From positions 1-38,543 of the forward strand of contig CANQIG010000001.1 of NCBI GenBank assembly GCA_947623765.1: 38,543 nt of DNA, written 5' to 3'. The notes under the pieces are model-generated. The model was not told the DNA's origin, made no database searches, and was given only the letters and a program-made list of their open reading frames with translations. Source of the DNA: an uncultured Clostridia bacterium. GTDB taxonomy: Bacteria; Bacillota; Clostridia; Oscillospirales; Acutalibacteraceae. The translations under genes and the position numbers were made by a program. Shown here one piece after another: positions 17,797 to 26,776 of this stretch (its first letter is position 1; each line of letters opens with the position of its first letter).

Positions 17797-19113
17797 ATGT
17801 TCGTTCTTCGGAAAAAACATCTCGCCGCGGCGCTTTTTGCGCTGGTTCTCGCCGTTTTCTCCGCCATGTGGCTGCGCGGTTCGGGAACGCAGCCTGCGGT
17901 TCCGGTTTCAGCACCTCTCCCAACAGCTTCCCCGCGTCTAGCGGAGGAAACAGCAGCCGAGCCCACATACCCCGCCGCGGAGACGCTTTCTGAGGACACG
18001 AAGCTGGGAAAAGAGACACCGATCGTCGGGGTGTGGATTCCGTATATGTCGCTGATGACGCCGGAATGTACGGAAGAATCGTTCTGTGAAAACTTTGAGG
18101 AAATGCTGGACACTGCGGAACGGTTTTCCGTCAACGCTGTGTTTGTCCATGTGCGGCCGTTTGCGGACAGCCTGTACCCGTCCGATTATGAACCGTGGTC
18201 CCATATCCTGACAGGCGTACAGGGGCAGGACCCGGGATTCGATCCGCTCGCCTACATGGTGGACGCCACACACCGCCGCAAGATCCAGTTCCACGCGTGG
18301 ATCAACCCGCTTAGGATCTCCACCGGCAAAACACCTGCGATCCTTTCCGAGGACAGTTTCTATCTGCGCAACCGGGAAGACCATCCCGCTTATTTCATCG
18401 AATTTGACAGCGGTGTATATTACAATCCGGCGAGCGCGGAGATCCGGGAACGGATCGCGGAGAGCGCGGCGGAGATCGCGGAGAAATACGAGGTGGACGG
18501 CATCCACTTTGACGATTATTTCTATCCCACCGACGATGAAGGCATCGACAGCGACCAATACGCGGCGTATGTGGAGAGCACAGTGGAACCTCTCCCGCTG
18601 CACGAGTGGCGCACGGCGAACATCAACGCGCTGATCACGACGGTCTACCACCAGATCAAACAGGCAAACGAATCTGTTGCCTTCGGGATCTCGCCGCAGG
18701 GGAATCTGCGGAACAACGAGAAAATCAACGCGGATGTGTTCACCTGGTGTACGCAGAGCGGCTATATAGACTACATCTGCCCGCAGCTCTATTACAGTCT
18801 GGAGAACCCTGCTCTGCCGTTCGGGACCGCGCTGGAGGAATGGAACGCCATCCCCAGACTGGACAGCGTGAAGCTGCTTATCGGCCTTGCCGTGTACAAA
18901 GCGGGCACGGACGCCGACGAAGGGACGTGGCTCGATTCCGAGGACATCCTGATGCAGCAGATCGGGAGCGCCGAGGACTGCGGCGCGGACGGCATCCTGT
19001 TTTACGCGATCGACCACCTGCGGTTTGGGGAGGCGGAGGCGGAGCTTGCGAACGCGCAGGCCGCAGCAGAGGCGTTTCTCGACGGATCGAGTGATGCTCC
19101 GGAACAAACATGA
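17797..19113 (+). CDS. Secreted/membrane-anchored glycoside hydrolase-like protein (GHL10/DUF187, YddW/DigH-like)
   Basis: N-terminal hydrophobic anchor, GVWIPY, VHVRPFADSLYPS, FDPL, HAWINP, DGIHFDDYFYP, FGISP, DYICPQLY. Confidence 0.85.
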   Translation: MFVLRKKHLAAALFALVLAVFSAMWLRGSGTQPAVPVSAPLPTASPRLAEETAAEPTYPAAETLSEDTKLGKETPIVGVWIPYMSLMTPECTEESFCENFEEMLDTAERFSVNAVFVHVRPFADSLYPSDYEPWSHILTGVQGQDPGFDPLAYMVDATHRRKIQFHAWINPLRISTGKTPAILSEDSFYLRNREDHPAYFIEFDSGVYYNPASAEIRERIAESAAEIAEKYEVDGIHFDDYFYPTDDEGIDSDQYAAYVESTVEPLPLHEWRTANINALITTVYHQIKQANESVAFGISPQGNLRNNEKINADVFTWCTQSGYIDYICPQLYYSLENPALPFGTALEEWNAIPRLDSVKLLIGLAVYKAGTDADEGTWLDSEDILMQQIGSAEDCGADGILFYAIDHLRFGEAEAELANAQAAAEAFLDGSSDAPEQT

Positions 19114-19179
19114 AGGGTTTCCGCGCTTCGGAAAAATTTGTCCAAAACGCAGAATTCCTGCAGGAACGCGCTCCACAAC

Positions 19180-19208
19180 TTGCAATTCTGCCCGGTTCAT
19201 GCTATAAT
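19180..19208 (+). promoter_or_regulatory. SigA-type extended -10 promoter of the XRE regulator/acyl-CoA synthetase operon
   Basis: TTGCAA-17bp-TATAAT with TGn extension. Confidence 0.7.
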
Positions 19209-19274
19209 GAACGGTAAAAATAAGGATCTATCTGCCGTTTTTTGACGGCAGCAGTGAAAAAAGGAGGGTCCGGA

Positions 19275-19826
19275 TTGTCCAACGATTTTAATGAGATCGC
19301 CGCCCGTCTTCGGGAACTGCGCGAAGTCAGCGATTGCACGGTGGAACAGCTCGCAGAGGAACTGTCCATCGATCCGGAGGTATACAGCAGCTATGAAAAG
19401 ACCGGTAAAGATATCCCCATCAGCGTGATCTTCCAGGTCGCGAACAAGTTCGGCGTGGATTTTACGGAGATCGTCACCGGTGTTCCGGCGAAGCTCGACA
19501 GCTACCACATCGTCCGCAGAGGCAAGGGAAAGGTCGTCAACCGGAACCCGGAATACCACTTTGAGGACCTTGCGTACCGCTATTATGGCAAGATCATGCA
19601 GCCGCTGCTCGTTACACTGGAACCCACGGACGCGCCTGCCGGCCTCATCACGCACAGCGGGCAGGAGTTCAATCTCGTGCTGGAAGGGACCGTCATCGTC
19701 AATTACGACGGCGAGGAATTCGTCCTGAACGCGGGCGATTCGATCTACTTTAACCCGACGAAGCCGCACGGACAAAAGTGCGGCGGCGCGGAGAAGGCCA
19801 GATTCCTCACCGTGATCGCGGAATGA
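19275..19826 (+). CDS. XRE-family HTH regulator with C-terminal cupin domain
   Basis: IAARLRELRE..YEKTGKDIPIS HTH; HSGQEFNLVLEG, GDSIYFNPTKPH cupin; TTG start after AAGGAGG. Confidence 0.88.
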   Translation: MSNDFNEIAARLRELREVSDCTVEQLAEELSIDPEVYSSYEKTGKDIPISVIFQVANKFGVDFTEIVTGVPAKLDSYHIVRRGKGKVVNRNPEYHFEDLAYRYYGKIMQPLLVTLEPTDAPAGLITHSGQEFNLVLEGTVIVNYDGEEFVLNAGDSIYFNPTKPHGQKCGGAEKARFLTVIAE

Positions 19827-19873
19827 CCGTCAAAAAAAGGGATAAGAAAGAAAATACGATAGGGTGTTCAGAT

Positions 19874-21538
19874 ATGCTTTTGGATCGTTTCCTTCCCCGT
19901 ATCGAGTTTGACTCCTACGAGGATTTTAAAAAGAACTTCAAGATCAATGTGCCGGAAAATTTCAACTTCGGCTTTGACGTCGTGGACGCTTGGGCCGAGA
20001 GCGAGCCGGAGAAAAAAGCGCTCGTCTGGTGCGACGATCACGGCGGCGAGAAGACGTTCACCTTCACGGAGATCAAGCGCCTCTCCAACAAAACCGCAAA
20101 CTTTCTGCGCAGTGTCGGCGTGAAAAAGGGGACCGTCGTCATGCTGATCCTCCGCAGGCGGTGGGAATACTGGGTCTGCGCGACGGCGCTGCATAAGCTC
20201 GGCGCCGTGCTGATCCCGGGCTCACTGCAGCTGACGAAGAAAGACATCGTCTACCGCGGCAACTCCGCCGGCGTGCAGACCGTGATCTGCGTCAACGACA
20301 GCTTCGTCATCTCGCAGGTAGAAGCCGCGGAGGGTGAGGTTCCGACGCTGCAGAACAAGGTGCTCGTGCAGGACCACAGGGAAGGCTGGCTCAATTTCGG
20401 CGACGCCATCGAAGGGCAGTCCGAGATCTTTGAACGGCCCGAGGGCATTGAAGCGACCCGCTGGGACGATATCATGCTCGTCTATTTCACCTCCGGCACG
20501 ACGGGAATGCCGAAGATGGTCCAGCATAACTTCGCGTACCCGCTCGGCCATATCATCACGGCGAAATACTGGCAGTGCGTCGAGGAAAACAAGCTCCATA
20601 TGAGCGTCTCCGACTCCGGCTGGGCGAAGTTCGGCTGGGGCAAGATCTACGGCCAGTGGATCTGCGGCGCGGTGATCTTCGCGTACGACATGGACAAGTT
20701 CATCCCGTTGAAGCTGCTGGAAAAGATCACGCAGTATAAAGTGACGACCTTCTGCGCGCCGCCGACAATGTTCCGCTTTATGCTGCAGGAGGACGTGACG
20801 ACATTCGATCTCTCCTGCATCCATCACTGCTGCATCGCGGGAGAGCCCTTGAACCCGGAGGTCTTCAAAAAGTGGTATGAGCTGACCGGGCTGGAACTCT
20901 GCGAGGGTTTCGGCCAGTCCGAAGGGCCGGTGCTCATCGCGAACTTCCCGTGGTTCCGGCCGATCCCCGGCTCCACCGGGAAGCCATCACCGCTCTATGA
21001 CATTCAGCTCGTCGACAGCGAGGGGAATGTCTGCGAGGACGGCGAGGAAGGCACGATCGCCGTCATGGACGTGAAGCACAATCCCCCAACCGGGCTTTTC
21101 ACCGGCTATTTCAAAAATCCGGAGATGACAGAGGAGAAGCTCGGCGGGAAATATTACGATACCGGCGACGTGGCGTGGCGCGACAGCCATGGGTATTTCT
21201 GGTTCGTCGGGCGCAACGACGACGTGATCAAGTGTTCCGGTTACCGCATCGGGCCGTTCGAGGTCGAATCTGCGATGCTGGAGCACCCTGCGGTCGTCGA
21301 GTGCGCGATCACCGGCGCGCCGGACCCGATCCGCGGGCAAGTCGTCAAGGCGACCGTGGTCCTCGCGGCGGGCTACGAAGGCACGCCGGAGCTGACCAAA
21401 GAGCTCCAAAACCACGTAAAACGCGTCACAGCGCCGTACAAATACCCGCGCGTCATCGAGTATGTGAAGGAACTGCCCAAGACGCTCGGCGGCAAGATCA
21501 AGCGCGCGCAGATCCGTGCGGCGGACGCCAATCATTGA
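19874..21538 (+). CDS. AMP-forming acyl-CoA synthetase (short/medium-chain type)
   Basis: YFTSGTTGMPK, EGFGQSE, YDTGD, GRNDDVIKCSGYRIGPFEVES, PKTLGGKIKR. Confidence 0.9.
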   Translation: MLLDRFLPRIEFDSYEDFKKNFKINVPENFNFGFDVVDAWAESEPEKKALVWCDDHGGEKTFTFTEIKRLSNKTANFLRSVGVKKGTVVMLILRRRWEYWVCATALHKLGAVLIPGSLQLTKKDIVYRGNSAGVQTVICVNDSFVISQVEAAEGEVPTLQNKVLVQDHREGWLNFGDAIEGQSEIFERPEGIEATRWDDIMLVYFTSGTTGMPKMVQHNFAYPLGHIITAKYWQCVEENKLHMSVSDSGWAKFGWGKIYGQWICGAVIFAYDMDKFIPLKLLEKITQYKVTTFCAPPTMFRFMLQEDVTTFDLSCIHHCCIAGEPLNPEVFKKWYELTGLELCEGFGQSEGPVLIANFPWFRPIPGSTGKPSPLYDIQLVDSEGNVCEDGEEGTIAVMDVKHNPPTGLFTGYFKNPEMTEEKLGGKYYDTGDVAWRDSHGYFWFVGRNDDVIKCSGYRIGPFEVESAMLEHPAVVECAITGAPDPIRGQVVKATVVLAAGYEGTPELTKELQNHVKRVTAPYKYPRVIEYVKELPKTLGGKIKRAQIRAADANH

Positions 21539-21584
21539 GGCGCTTTTCGGCGTTCGTTCGCAAGCGGAACAAAATCAGGAAGCG

Positions 21585-21621
21585 AAAAGAGCGATGCAGC
21601 AAACGCACCGCTCTTTTTTTT
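21585..21621. terminator. Bidirectional terminator between the acyl-CoA synthetase gene and mtaB
   Basis: AAAAGAGCG..CGCTCTTTTTTTT inverted repeat between convergent stop codons. Confidence 0.75.
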
Positions 21622-21624
21622 GAT

Positions 21625-22920
21625 CTATTCGGGAAGCAAAACGCCGAAGCAGCGCTCCGGTTCCGCGCGCGCGATGCGCACAGAGCGGATCGCCCCCGCA
21701 AGCGCCTCCGTGCTTTCGACGTACACCGGCGTGTAGTTCGCGGTATATCCGGAGTAAACGCCGGGGGAGATCTCTTCCTCAAAGAGGACCTTCTCATCGA
21801 GGCCGACCTGCAAAGCAAAAAAAGCGCGCTGACTTTCCGCCGAGATCTCGATCATCTTTCGGCTGCGGCGTTCCTTTTCGGAATTGGGCACTTGCTCCGG
21901 CATACTGTACGCCCTCGTGCCCGGGCGGCGGGAATACGCGAAAACGTGCGTCCGCGCGAAACCGATCTCCTGCGCAAACTGCAGGGATTCCATAAATTCC
22001 GCCTCTGTTTCGCCTGCGAAGCCGACCATGATGTCGGTCGTGATCGCGGCGTTCGGGAACGCCACGCGGAGGTTTTCCACAATCTCCCGATATTCCTCCG
22101 CCGTGTAATGGCGGTTCATGCGGCGCAGCGTCGCGTCGCAGCCGCTTTGCAGGGAGAGATGAAACTGCGGGCAGAGCTTATCCTCAGCCGCCATGCGGCG
22201 GATCACGTCCGGAGAGAGCGCTTCCGGTTCCAAAGAGCCGAGCCGCACGCGCTCGATCCCCGGCACATCGCAGGCCGCTTCGACGGCGTCGCAGAGATGG
22301 AGATCGAATTCCGTACCGTAGGCGGAGAGGTTGATCCCGGTCAAAACGACCTCTTTGTATCCGTTTTCGGCGAGCCGCTCCACCTCGCGGCGAATATCCT
22401 CGAGCGGCTTCGAGCGCACGCGCCCGCGTGCATAGGGGATGATGCAGTAGGCGCAGAAGCGGTTGCAGCCGTCTTCGATTTTCAGAAAGGCGCGCGTGTG
22501 TCCGGAAAACGACGCGACCGAAAGCGGCTCGAAGACCTCCCCGTCTTCGTGCGGCGCGATGTCCACAACGCGCTCGCGCGTCTCGAGAAAACGGAGCAGA
22601 TCGGGAAGAAGATGCGCGCGGTTCACCGTGCCGAGCAGGATGTCGGCCTCCTGCAGCGCCTCGGATTCCGAAGGGAACGCCTGCACCATGCAGCCTGTCA
22701 GCACGGCCACCGCGCCGGGATTGTCCTTTTTTGCCCTGCGCAGGACCTGCCGGACCTTGCGGTCGCTCTCCGCCGTCACAGTGCAGGAGTTCACGACGAC
22801 CACATCCGCCGATTCGCCGCGCGAGGCTTCGGTAAACCCGTGCTCCAAAAGCGCGGAGAGCATCGCCTCGGACTCATACTGATTGACCTTGCAGCCCAAT
22901 GTGAAAAACTTTACGTTCAT
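21625..22920 (-). CDS. mtaB: tRNA t6A37 methylthiotransferase MtaB
   Basis: TLGCKVNQYES, NSCTVT, radical SAM GCNRFCAYC, IPYARG, YSRRPGT, C-terminal TRAM domain. Confidence 0.92.
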   Translation of the reverse strand: MNVKFFTLGCKVNQYESEAMLSALLEHGFTEASRGESADVVVVNSCTVTAESDRKVRQVLRRAKKDNPGAVAVLTGCMVQAFPSESEALQEADILLGTVNRAHLLPDLLRFLETRERVVDIAPHEDGEVFEPLSVASFSGHTRAFLKIEDGCNRFCAYCIIPYARGRVRSKPLEDIRREVERLAENGYKEVVLTGINLSAYGTEFDLHLCDAVEAACDVPGIERVRLGSLEPEALSPDVIRRMAAEDKLCPQFHLSLQSGCDATLRRMNRHYTAEEYREIVENLRVAFPNAAITTDIMVGFAGETEAEFMESLQFAQEIGFARTHVFAYSRRPGTRAYSMPEQVPNSEKERRSRKMIEISAESQRAFFALQVGLDEKVLFEEEISPGVYSGYTANYTPVYVESTEALAGAIRSVRIARAEPERCFGVLLPE

Positions 22921-24842
22921 TCGCGGTCGTTCTCCTCCAGCCAGATGTTCAGCGTCTCCCATTCCTCCATTTGTCCGTCCAGTTCTTCGCGAACCGCGGC
23001 GATCTGCGCCGTGAGCTCCATGGTCCTTTCGTAGTCGCTCGCTGTGTCCGGGTCAGAGAGCAGAGCGTTGAGGCGTTCCAGCTCCAGCTCCGCGGCCTCT
23101 ACCGCCTGTTCACAGCGGCGCAGCGCCGCGCGCTGCCGCCGGATCTCCGCTGCGTTTTCTTTTTTCTGACGATAGGCGTTTTTTGCCTCTTCCTTTGGCG
23201 TAGGCTCTTCCTCAGCCTTGCGGCGCTCCGCTTCCTTTTCTCTCGCCTCGAGATATTCGTCGTAGTTGCCGCGGTAAAGCGCCGCGCCGTCCGGAGAGAG
23301 CACGTAGATCTTCGTCGCGAGCTTGTTGATCAGATATCGGTCGTGCGAGACGACGAGCAGCGTGCCGTCGTAGCCGAGCAGCGCGTCCTCGAGCGCCTCG
23401 AGCGAGGAGATGTCCAGATGATTCGTCGGTTCGTCGAGGATCAGGAAATTTGCTTTTGAAAGCATCAGCTTCAAGAGCAGGACACGCGCGCGTTCGCCGC
23501 CGCTCAGACCGCTGATCGGCTTGAAAACCTCTTCGCCGCGGAACAGGAAAACGGCAAGCGCGCTGCGCACCTCCGTCTGCGTCATGGTGGGGTGGAGGTC
23601 CCAGATCTCGTTGATCACCGTTTTCGTGTCGTCCAGATTCCCCTGCGCCTGGTCGTAATATCCGACGTCGATCCCGACGCCGTAATCGAACGTGCCGGCC
23701 GTCGGCGCATAGATTCCGAGCAGGATCTTGAGCAGAGAGGTCTTTCCGCAGCCGTTCGGCCCGATGAGAAAGACTTTCTCGCCGCGCTTGATCTCCAGAT
23801 CCACATTTCGGAACAGGGTGGGCCCGCCGAACGAGATCCCGAGCCCTTCCGCCCAGAGCACGTCGTTCCCGCCGCGCTGGCTCGCCCGGAAACGGAAGCG
23901 GATGGGATCCGGCTCCTCTTCCGGTTTGTCCAGCGTCGCCGCCAGCCGCTCGATCTGCTTCTGCTTGCTTGCGATCGTGACGTAGTTCCGCTCCTGATTG
24001 AAGCGTCGCTGCTGCTCGATGATCCCCTCGATGCGCTTGATCTCCCGCTTCGTGTTCTCATACACGCGTTCCCGGGAGAGACGGTCTTCCTCCTTGAGCT
24101 TGCGCGACCGCGAGTAGCCGCCCTTGTAGTCCGAAAGCCGCGTCCCTTCGATCTCAAACGTCCGCGCTGTCACCGCGTCCAGAAAATAGCGGTCGTGGGA
24201 GATGACGATATACGCCCCGCTGTAATTCTTCAAAAAATCCTCCAGCCACTCCACAGACGAAATATCGAGATGGTTGGTCGGTTCGTCGAGGAGCAGAAGG
24301 TTCGCGTCGCTGAGCAGCATCTTCGCGAGCTGCAGCTTGGCTTTCTGACCGCCGCTGAGCACGCCGATGGGCATCTCGATCTGTGCTTCGGTGAAGCCAA
24401 GGCCGAGCAGTGTCGACCTTGCGCGGCTTCGGCAGGTCAGACCTCCTTCCGCGATAAAACGGTCGTTCAGTTCGCTCTGCCGGAGGATGAGCGCGTTGAG
24501 ATCGTTCGGCGACGATGCAATCTCCTCCGTGAGACGCTCGATCTCGCGCTCAGTCTCGAGGAGAGACGCGAAGACCGTCATGACCTCGTCAAACGCTTTC
24601 TTTTCAAGGTCGCGGCAGACGTGCTGCTCCATATAGCCGACCCGTGTCTCCCTGGCACAGGAGAACCCGCCGCGATCCGGTATGTATTCGCCGTTCAGGA
24701 GTTTGAAAAGGGTCGTCTTGCCGGAGCCGTTGACGCCGACAAGCCCAATATGTTCTCCTTTTTGGATCTCGAAAGAGACATCCTCGAGGATCACATCCTC
24801 GCCGAAAGATTTTGTAAGGTTAAAAGCCGTTAGGACTGCCAT
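22917..24842 (-). CDS. ABC-F family ribosome-associated ATPase (YdiF/Uup-like, C-terminal coiled coil)
   Basis: Two NBDs (GVNGSGKT, LSGGQ, LDEPTNHLD; GPNGCGKT, LSGGE, LDEPTNHLD), interdomain linker, no TM segments. Confidence 0.92.
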   Translation of the reverse strand: MAVLTAFNLTKSFGEDVILEDVSFEIQKGEHIGLVGVNGSGKTTLFKLLNGEYIPDRGGFSCARETRVGYMEQHVCRDLEKKAFDEVMTVFASLLETEREIERLTEEIASSPNDLNALILRQSELNDRFIAEGGLTCRSRARSTLLGLGFTEAQIEMPIGVLSGGQKAKLQLAKMLLSDANLLLLDEPTNHLDISSVEWLEDFLKNYSGAYIVISHDRYFLDAVTARTFEIEGTRLSDYKGGYSRSRKLKEEDRLSRERVYENTKREIKRIEGIIEQQRRFNQERNYVTIASKQKQIERLAATLDKPEEEPDPIRFRFRASQRGGNDVLWAEGLGISFGGPTLFRNVDLEIKRGEKVFLIGPNGCGKTSLLKILLGIYAPTAGTFDYGVGIDVGYYDQAQGNLDDTKTVINEIWDLHPTMTQTEVRSALAVFLFRGEEVFKPISGLSGGERARVLLLKLMLSKANFLILDEPTNHLDISSLEALEDALLGYDGTLLVVSHDRYLINKLATKIYVLSPDGAALYRGNYDEYLEAREKEAERRKAEEEPTPKEEAKNAYRQKKENAAEIRRQRAALRRCEQAVEAAELELERLNALLSDPDTASDYERTMELTAQIAAVREELDGQMEEWETLNIWLEENDRE

Positions 24843-24875
24843 GGTACTCTCCCTGTAAAATCACTGATCCTCTCT

Positions 24876-24904
24876 ATTATATCTGATTTTTCTCCGTAAA
24901 TCAA
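24876..24904 (-). promoter_or_regulatory. SigA-type promoter of ABC-F/mtaB
   Basis: TTGATT-17bp-TATAAT on the minus strand. Confidence 0.7.
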
Positions 24905-25020
24905 CGGTTTCCGCATGAGGAAACGCAAATCCGAAAAAACGCCGGGAAAGGAAAAGCTGCGCCACCTCCTCCGCAGGAGAGAGCCGCAGAAAACCCGCGC
25001 GCGTAATTTCGATGTTTTAC

Positions 25021-25049
25021 TTGATTTTTTTCCCGTCTTGTAGTATGAT
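25021..25049 (+). promoter_or_regulatory. SigA-type promoter of nrdR
   Basis: TTGATT-17bp-TATGAT. Confidence 0.6.
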
Positions 25050-25117
25050 AATCATATCAGCTTCGCCGGTTCGGCGGCTTTTGACGAAATGCTATTGGAT
25101 TTTGGAGGTTTCGTGTA

Positions 25118-25576
25118 ATGAAGTGCCCATATTGCGGTTTTACGGACAGTAAAGTCATCGACTCTCGCCCCACCGACGAGGGGGAGCGCATTCGCCGCCG
25201 CCGCGAATGCCTGCGCTGCGCCAAGCGCTTCACCACGTACGAAGTGGTGGAATCCGTTCCGATCGTCGTCGTGAAGAAAGACAAATCCAGAGAGACCTTT
25301 GATCGGAACAAGCTGATGAACGGTCTGCTGCGCGCCTGTGAAAAGCGCCCGGTCTCCATGGAGACGCTCGAGAACATCGTGGACGAGATCGAGGGTCTGC
25401 TCCAGAATTCTCTGGACCGCGAAGTCCCCTCCAATATGATCGGCACCTACGCCATGGAGCGGCTCAAGGCCGTCGACGAGGTGGCGTACGTGCGCTTTGC
25501 CTCGGTGTACCGCCAGTTCAAGGACATCAATTCCTTCATGGAAGAGCTCTATAAGATCATCAACGCGAAGTCCTGA
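25118..25576 (+). CDS. nrdR: Ribonucleotide reductase repressor NrdR
   Basis: [25 protein letters not shown] zinc ribbon, ATP cone, [10 protein letters not shown]. Confidence 0.97.
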   Translation: MKCPYCGFTDSKVIDSRPTDEGERIRRRRECLRCAKRFTTYEVVESVPIVVVKKDKSRETFDRNKLMNGLLRACEKRPVSMETLENIVDEIEGLLQNSLDREVPSNMIGTYAMERLKAVDEVAYVRFASVYRQFKDINSFMEELYKIINAKS

Positions 25577-25957
25577 TCAGAAGATATTTTCCAGGGTGAC
25601 GCGCTCTGTACGCTCAATGTGCTCCGTCATCGTGATCACGCGTTTGCACTCCGCGCTGGCGAGCATATGCTCGCCTTTCCGGATATAGTGGGAGAGGACG
25701 GGGAATGCGCTTTCGAGCGCGTCGAGATGATCGTGCTGGAGCACAGTGCAAAGCCGGTCGTGGATACCATTCCACTCCACCTGAAAGCGCTCGCTGGTCT
25801 GGAGCGCCGTTTCGTCGTTTCCCGCTTCGATGGCGCTGTCGATCTCCCGCATGGAGAGGATAATGCGGTCGGTCTCCTGCACCGTCATCGCGCTGGAAAA
25901 GACGCAGAGCGAGAGCGAGAGAACGGAGAGGAATGCGGCGATCATCACTCGTTTCAT
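25577..25957 (-). CDS. DUF4363-family protein
   Basis: N-terminal TM helix, helical body with W...LCTVLQHDHLD, C-terminal TLENIF; overlaps the DUF421 stop codon. Confidence 0.7.
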   Translation of the reverse strand: MKRVMIAAFLSVLSLSLCVFSSAMTVQETDRIILSMREIDSAIEAGNDETALQTSERFQVEWNGIHDRLCTVLQHDHLDALESAFPVLSHYIRKGEHMLASAECKRVITMTEHIERTERVTLENIF

Positions 25958-26649
25958 TTCTGTTTTCCTTTCTTTAGGGAGCTGTCGCGCCGGATCAGCG
26001 TATAGGCTCCCGTACTGTTTGCCGTTAAGATGAAGACCTCGCGCAGCGGGGTCTTTTCCTTTCCAAGGACGCGCTTCACACGCGATTTGCTCCAGCGCGC
26101 AAGCTCCATAGACGCTTCGGAGTAACGTCCGTCGCTGACGAGGACGACCTCGAGCTCGTTTTCCTTTGCCCGGATCCCGGCGTCCTTCGGTCGAAGGCTG
26201 TCCGCCTCCGCGTGCCGAACGACGCTGAGCGCGCCGTTCGTCTCTACGATTGCGTATTTGACGTCGGAAAGGGAAAACACGTCCTTTTGACGAAGCTGCT
26301 CAAAGAGATCCTCAATGCTCATGCGCAGCTCCCGCATATTCTCCTGCAAGATTTTTCCGTCCGCGATGAGAACGACCGGTTTGCCGCAGATGATCCTGCG
26401 GATCCGGCCGTTTTTCAACATGAAAAACGAAAGAAAAACTTCCAGCGAGATCAAAACAAAGATGGGGATCAAACCACTCAGGAGCGGCTGTCCCGTATCC
26501 TGCATCGGGATGACCGCCAGGTCGGAGATCAGCAGCGTCACGACGAGTTCGCTGGTCTGCAGCTGGCTGATCTGCCGCTTTCCCATGACGCGCACCGCCG
26601 CGATGATCGTGGCGTAGAGGATCACCGTGCGGATGAGGGAGATAAACAA
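25954..26649 (-). CDS. DUF421/YetF-family membrane protein
   Basis: RVMGKRQISQL, three TMs, GKPVVLIADGKI, LRQKDVF, AIVETNGALSV. Confidence 0.9.
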   Translation of the reverse strand: MFISLIRTVILYATIIAAVRVMGKRQISQLQTSELVVTLLISDLAVIPMQDTGQPLLSGLIPIFVLISLEVFLSFFMLKNGRIRRIICGKPVVLIADGKILQENMRELRMSIEDLFEQLRQKDVFSLSDVKYAIVETNGALSVVRHAEADSLRPKDAGIRAKENELEVVLVSDGRYSEASMELARWSKSRVKRVLGKEKTPLREVFILTANSTGAYTLIRRDSSLKKGKQK

Positions 26650-26681
26650 GCCACCACGTTCCTTTCCGTTTCATCCCGCCT

Positions 26682-26728
26682 AGTATATGTCTGCCCGTGC
26701 ATAAAATACGGCCGGAAAGCAAATTCTA
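26682..26728. promoter_or_regulatory. Overlapping divergent sporulation-sigma promoters (gerA: SigG/SigF-like; DUF421: CATATACT -10)
   Basis: + strand GCATA (26699-26703)-18bp-AATTCTA (26722-26728); - strand GTATTTT...CATATACTA (-10 at 26682-26689). Confidence 0.5.
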
Positions 26729-26776
26729 GGGACGGGATCACAAAACCGAAAAAGATAGAACGGAAGGGACCGAAGG

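Noticed and set aside
21175-23034. 619-aa + strand ORF spanning the end of the acyl-CoA synthetase gene and antisense mtaB
   Set aside because: Crosses a bidirectional terminator, is Arg-rich off-frame sequence, and is an in-register shadow of mtaB
22917-24842. ABC-F as an antibiotic resistance (ARE) gene
   Set aside because: No attenuator leader or mobile context, and it is coupled to housekeeping mtaB; it looks like a housekeeping subfamily
24915-25043. 42-aa basic small ORF (MRKRKSEK...) between ABC-F and nrdR
   Set aside because: No RBS, and it runs through the predicted nrdR promoter
25082-25088. Spo0A box match TGACGAA in the nrdR leader
   Set aside because: A single match with six specified bases is expected by chance in this much intergenic DNA; no second box was seen
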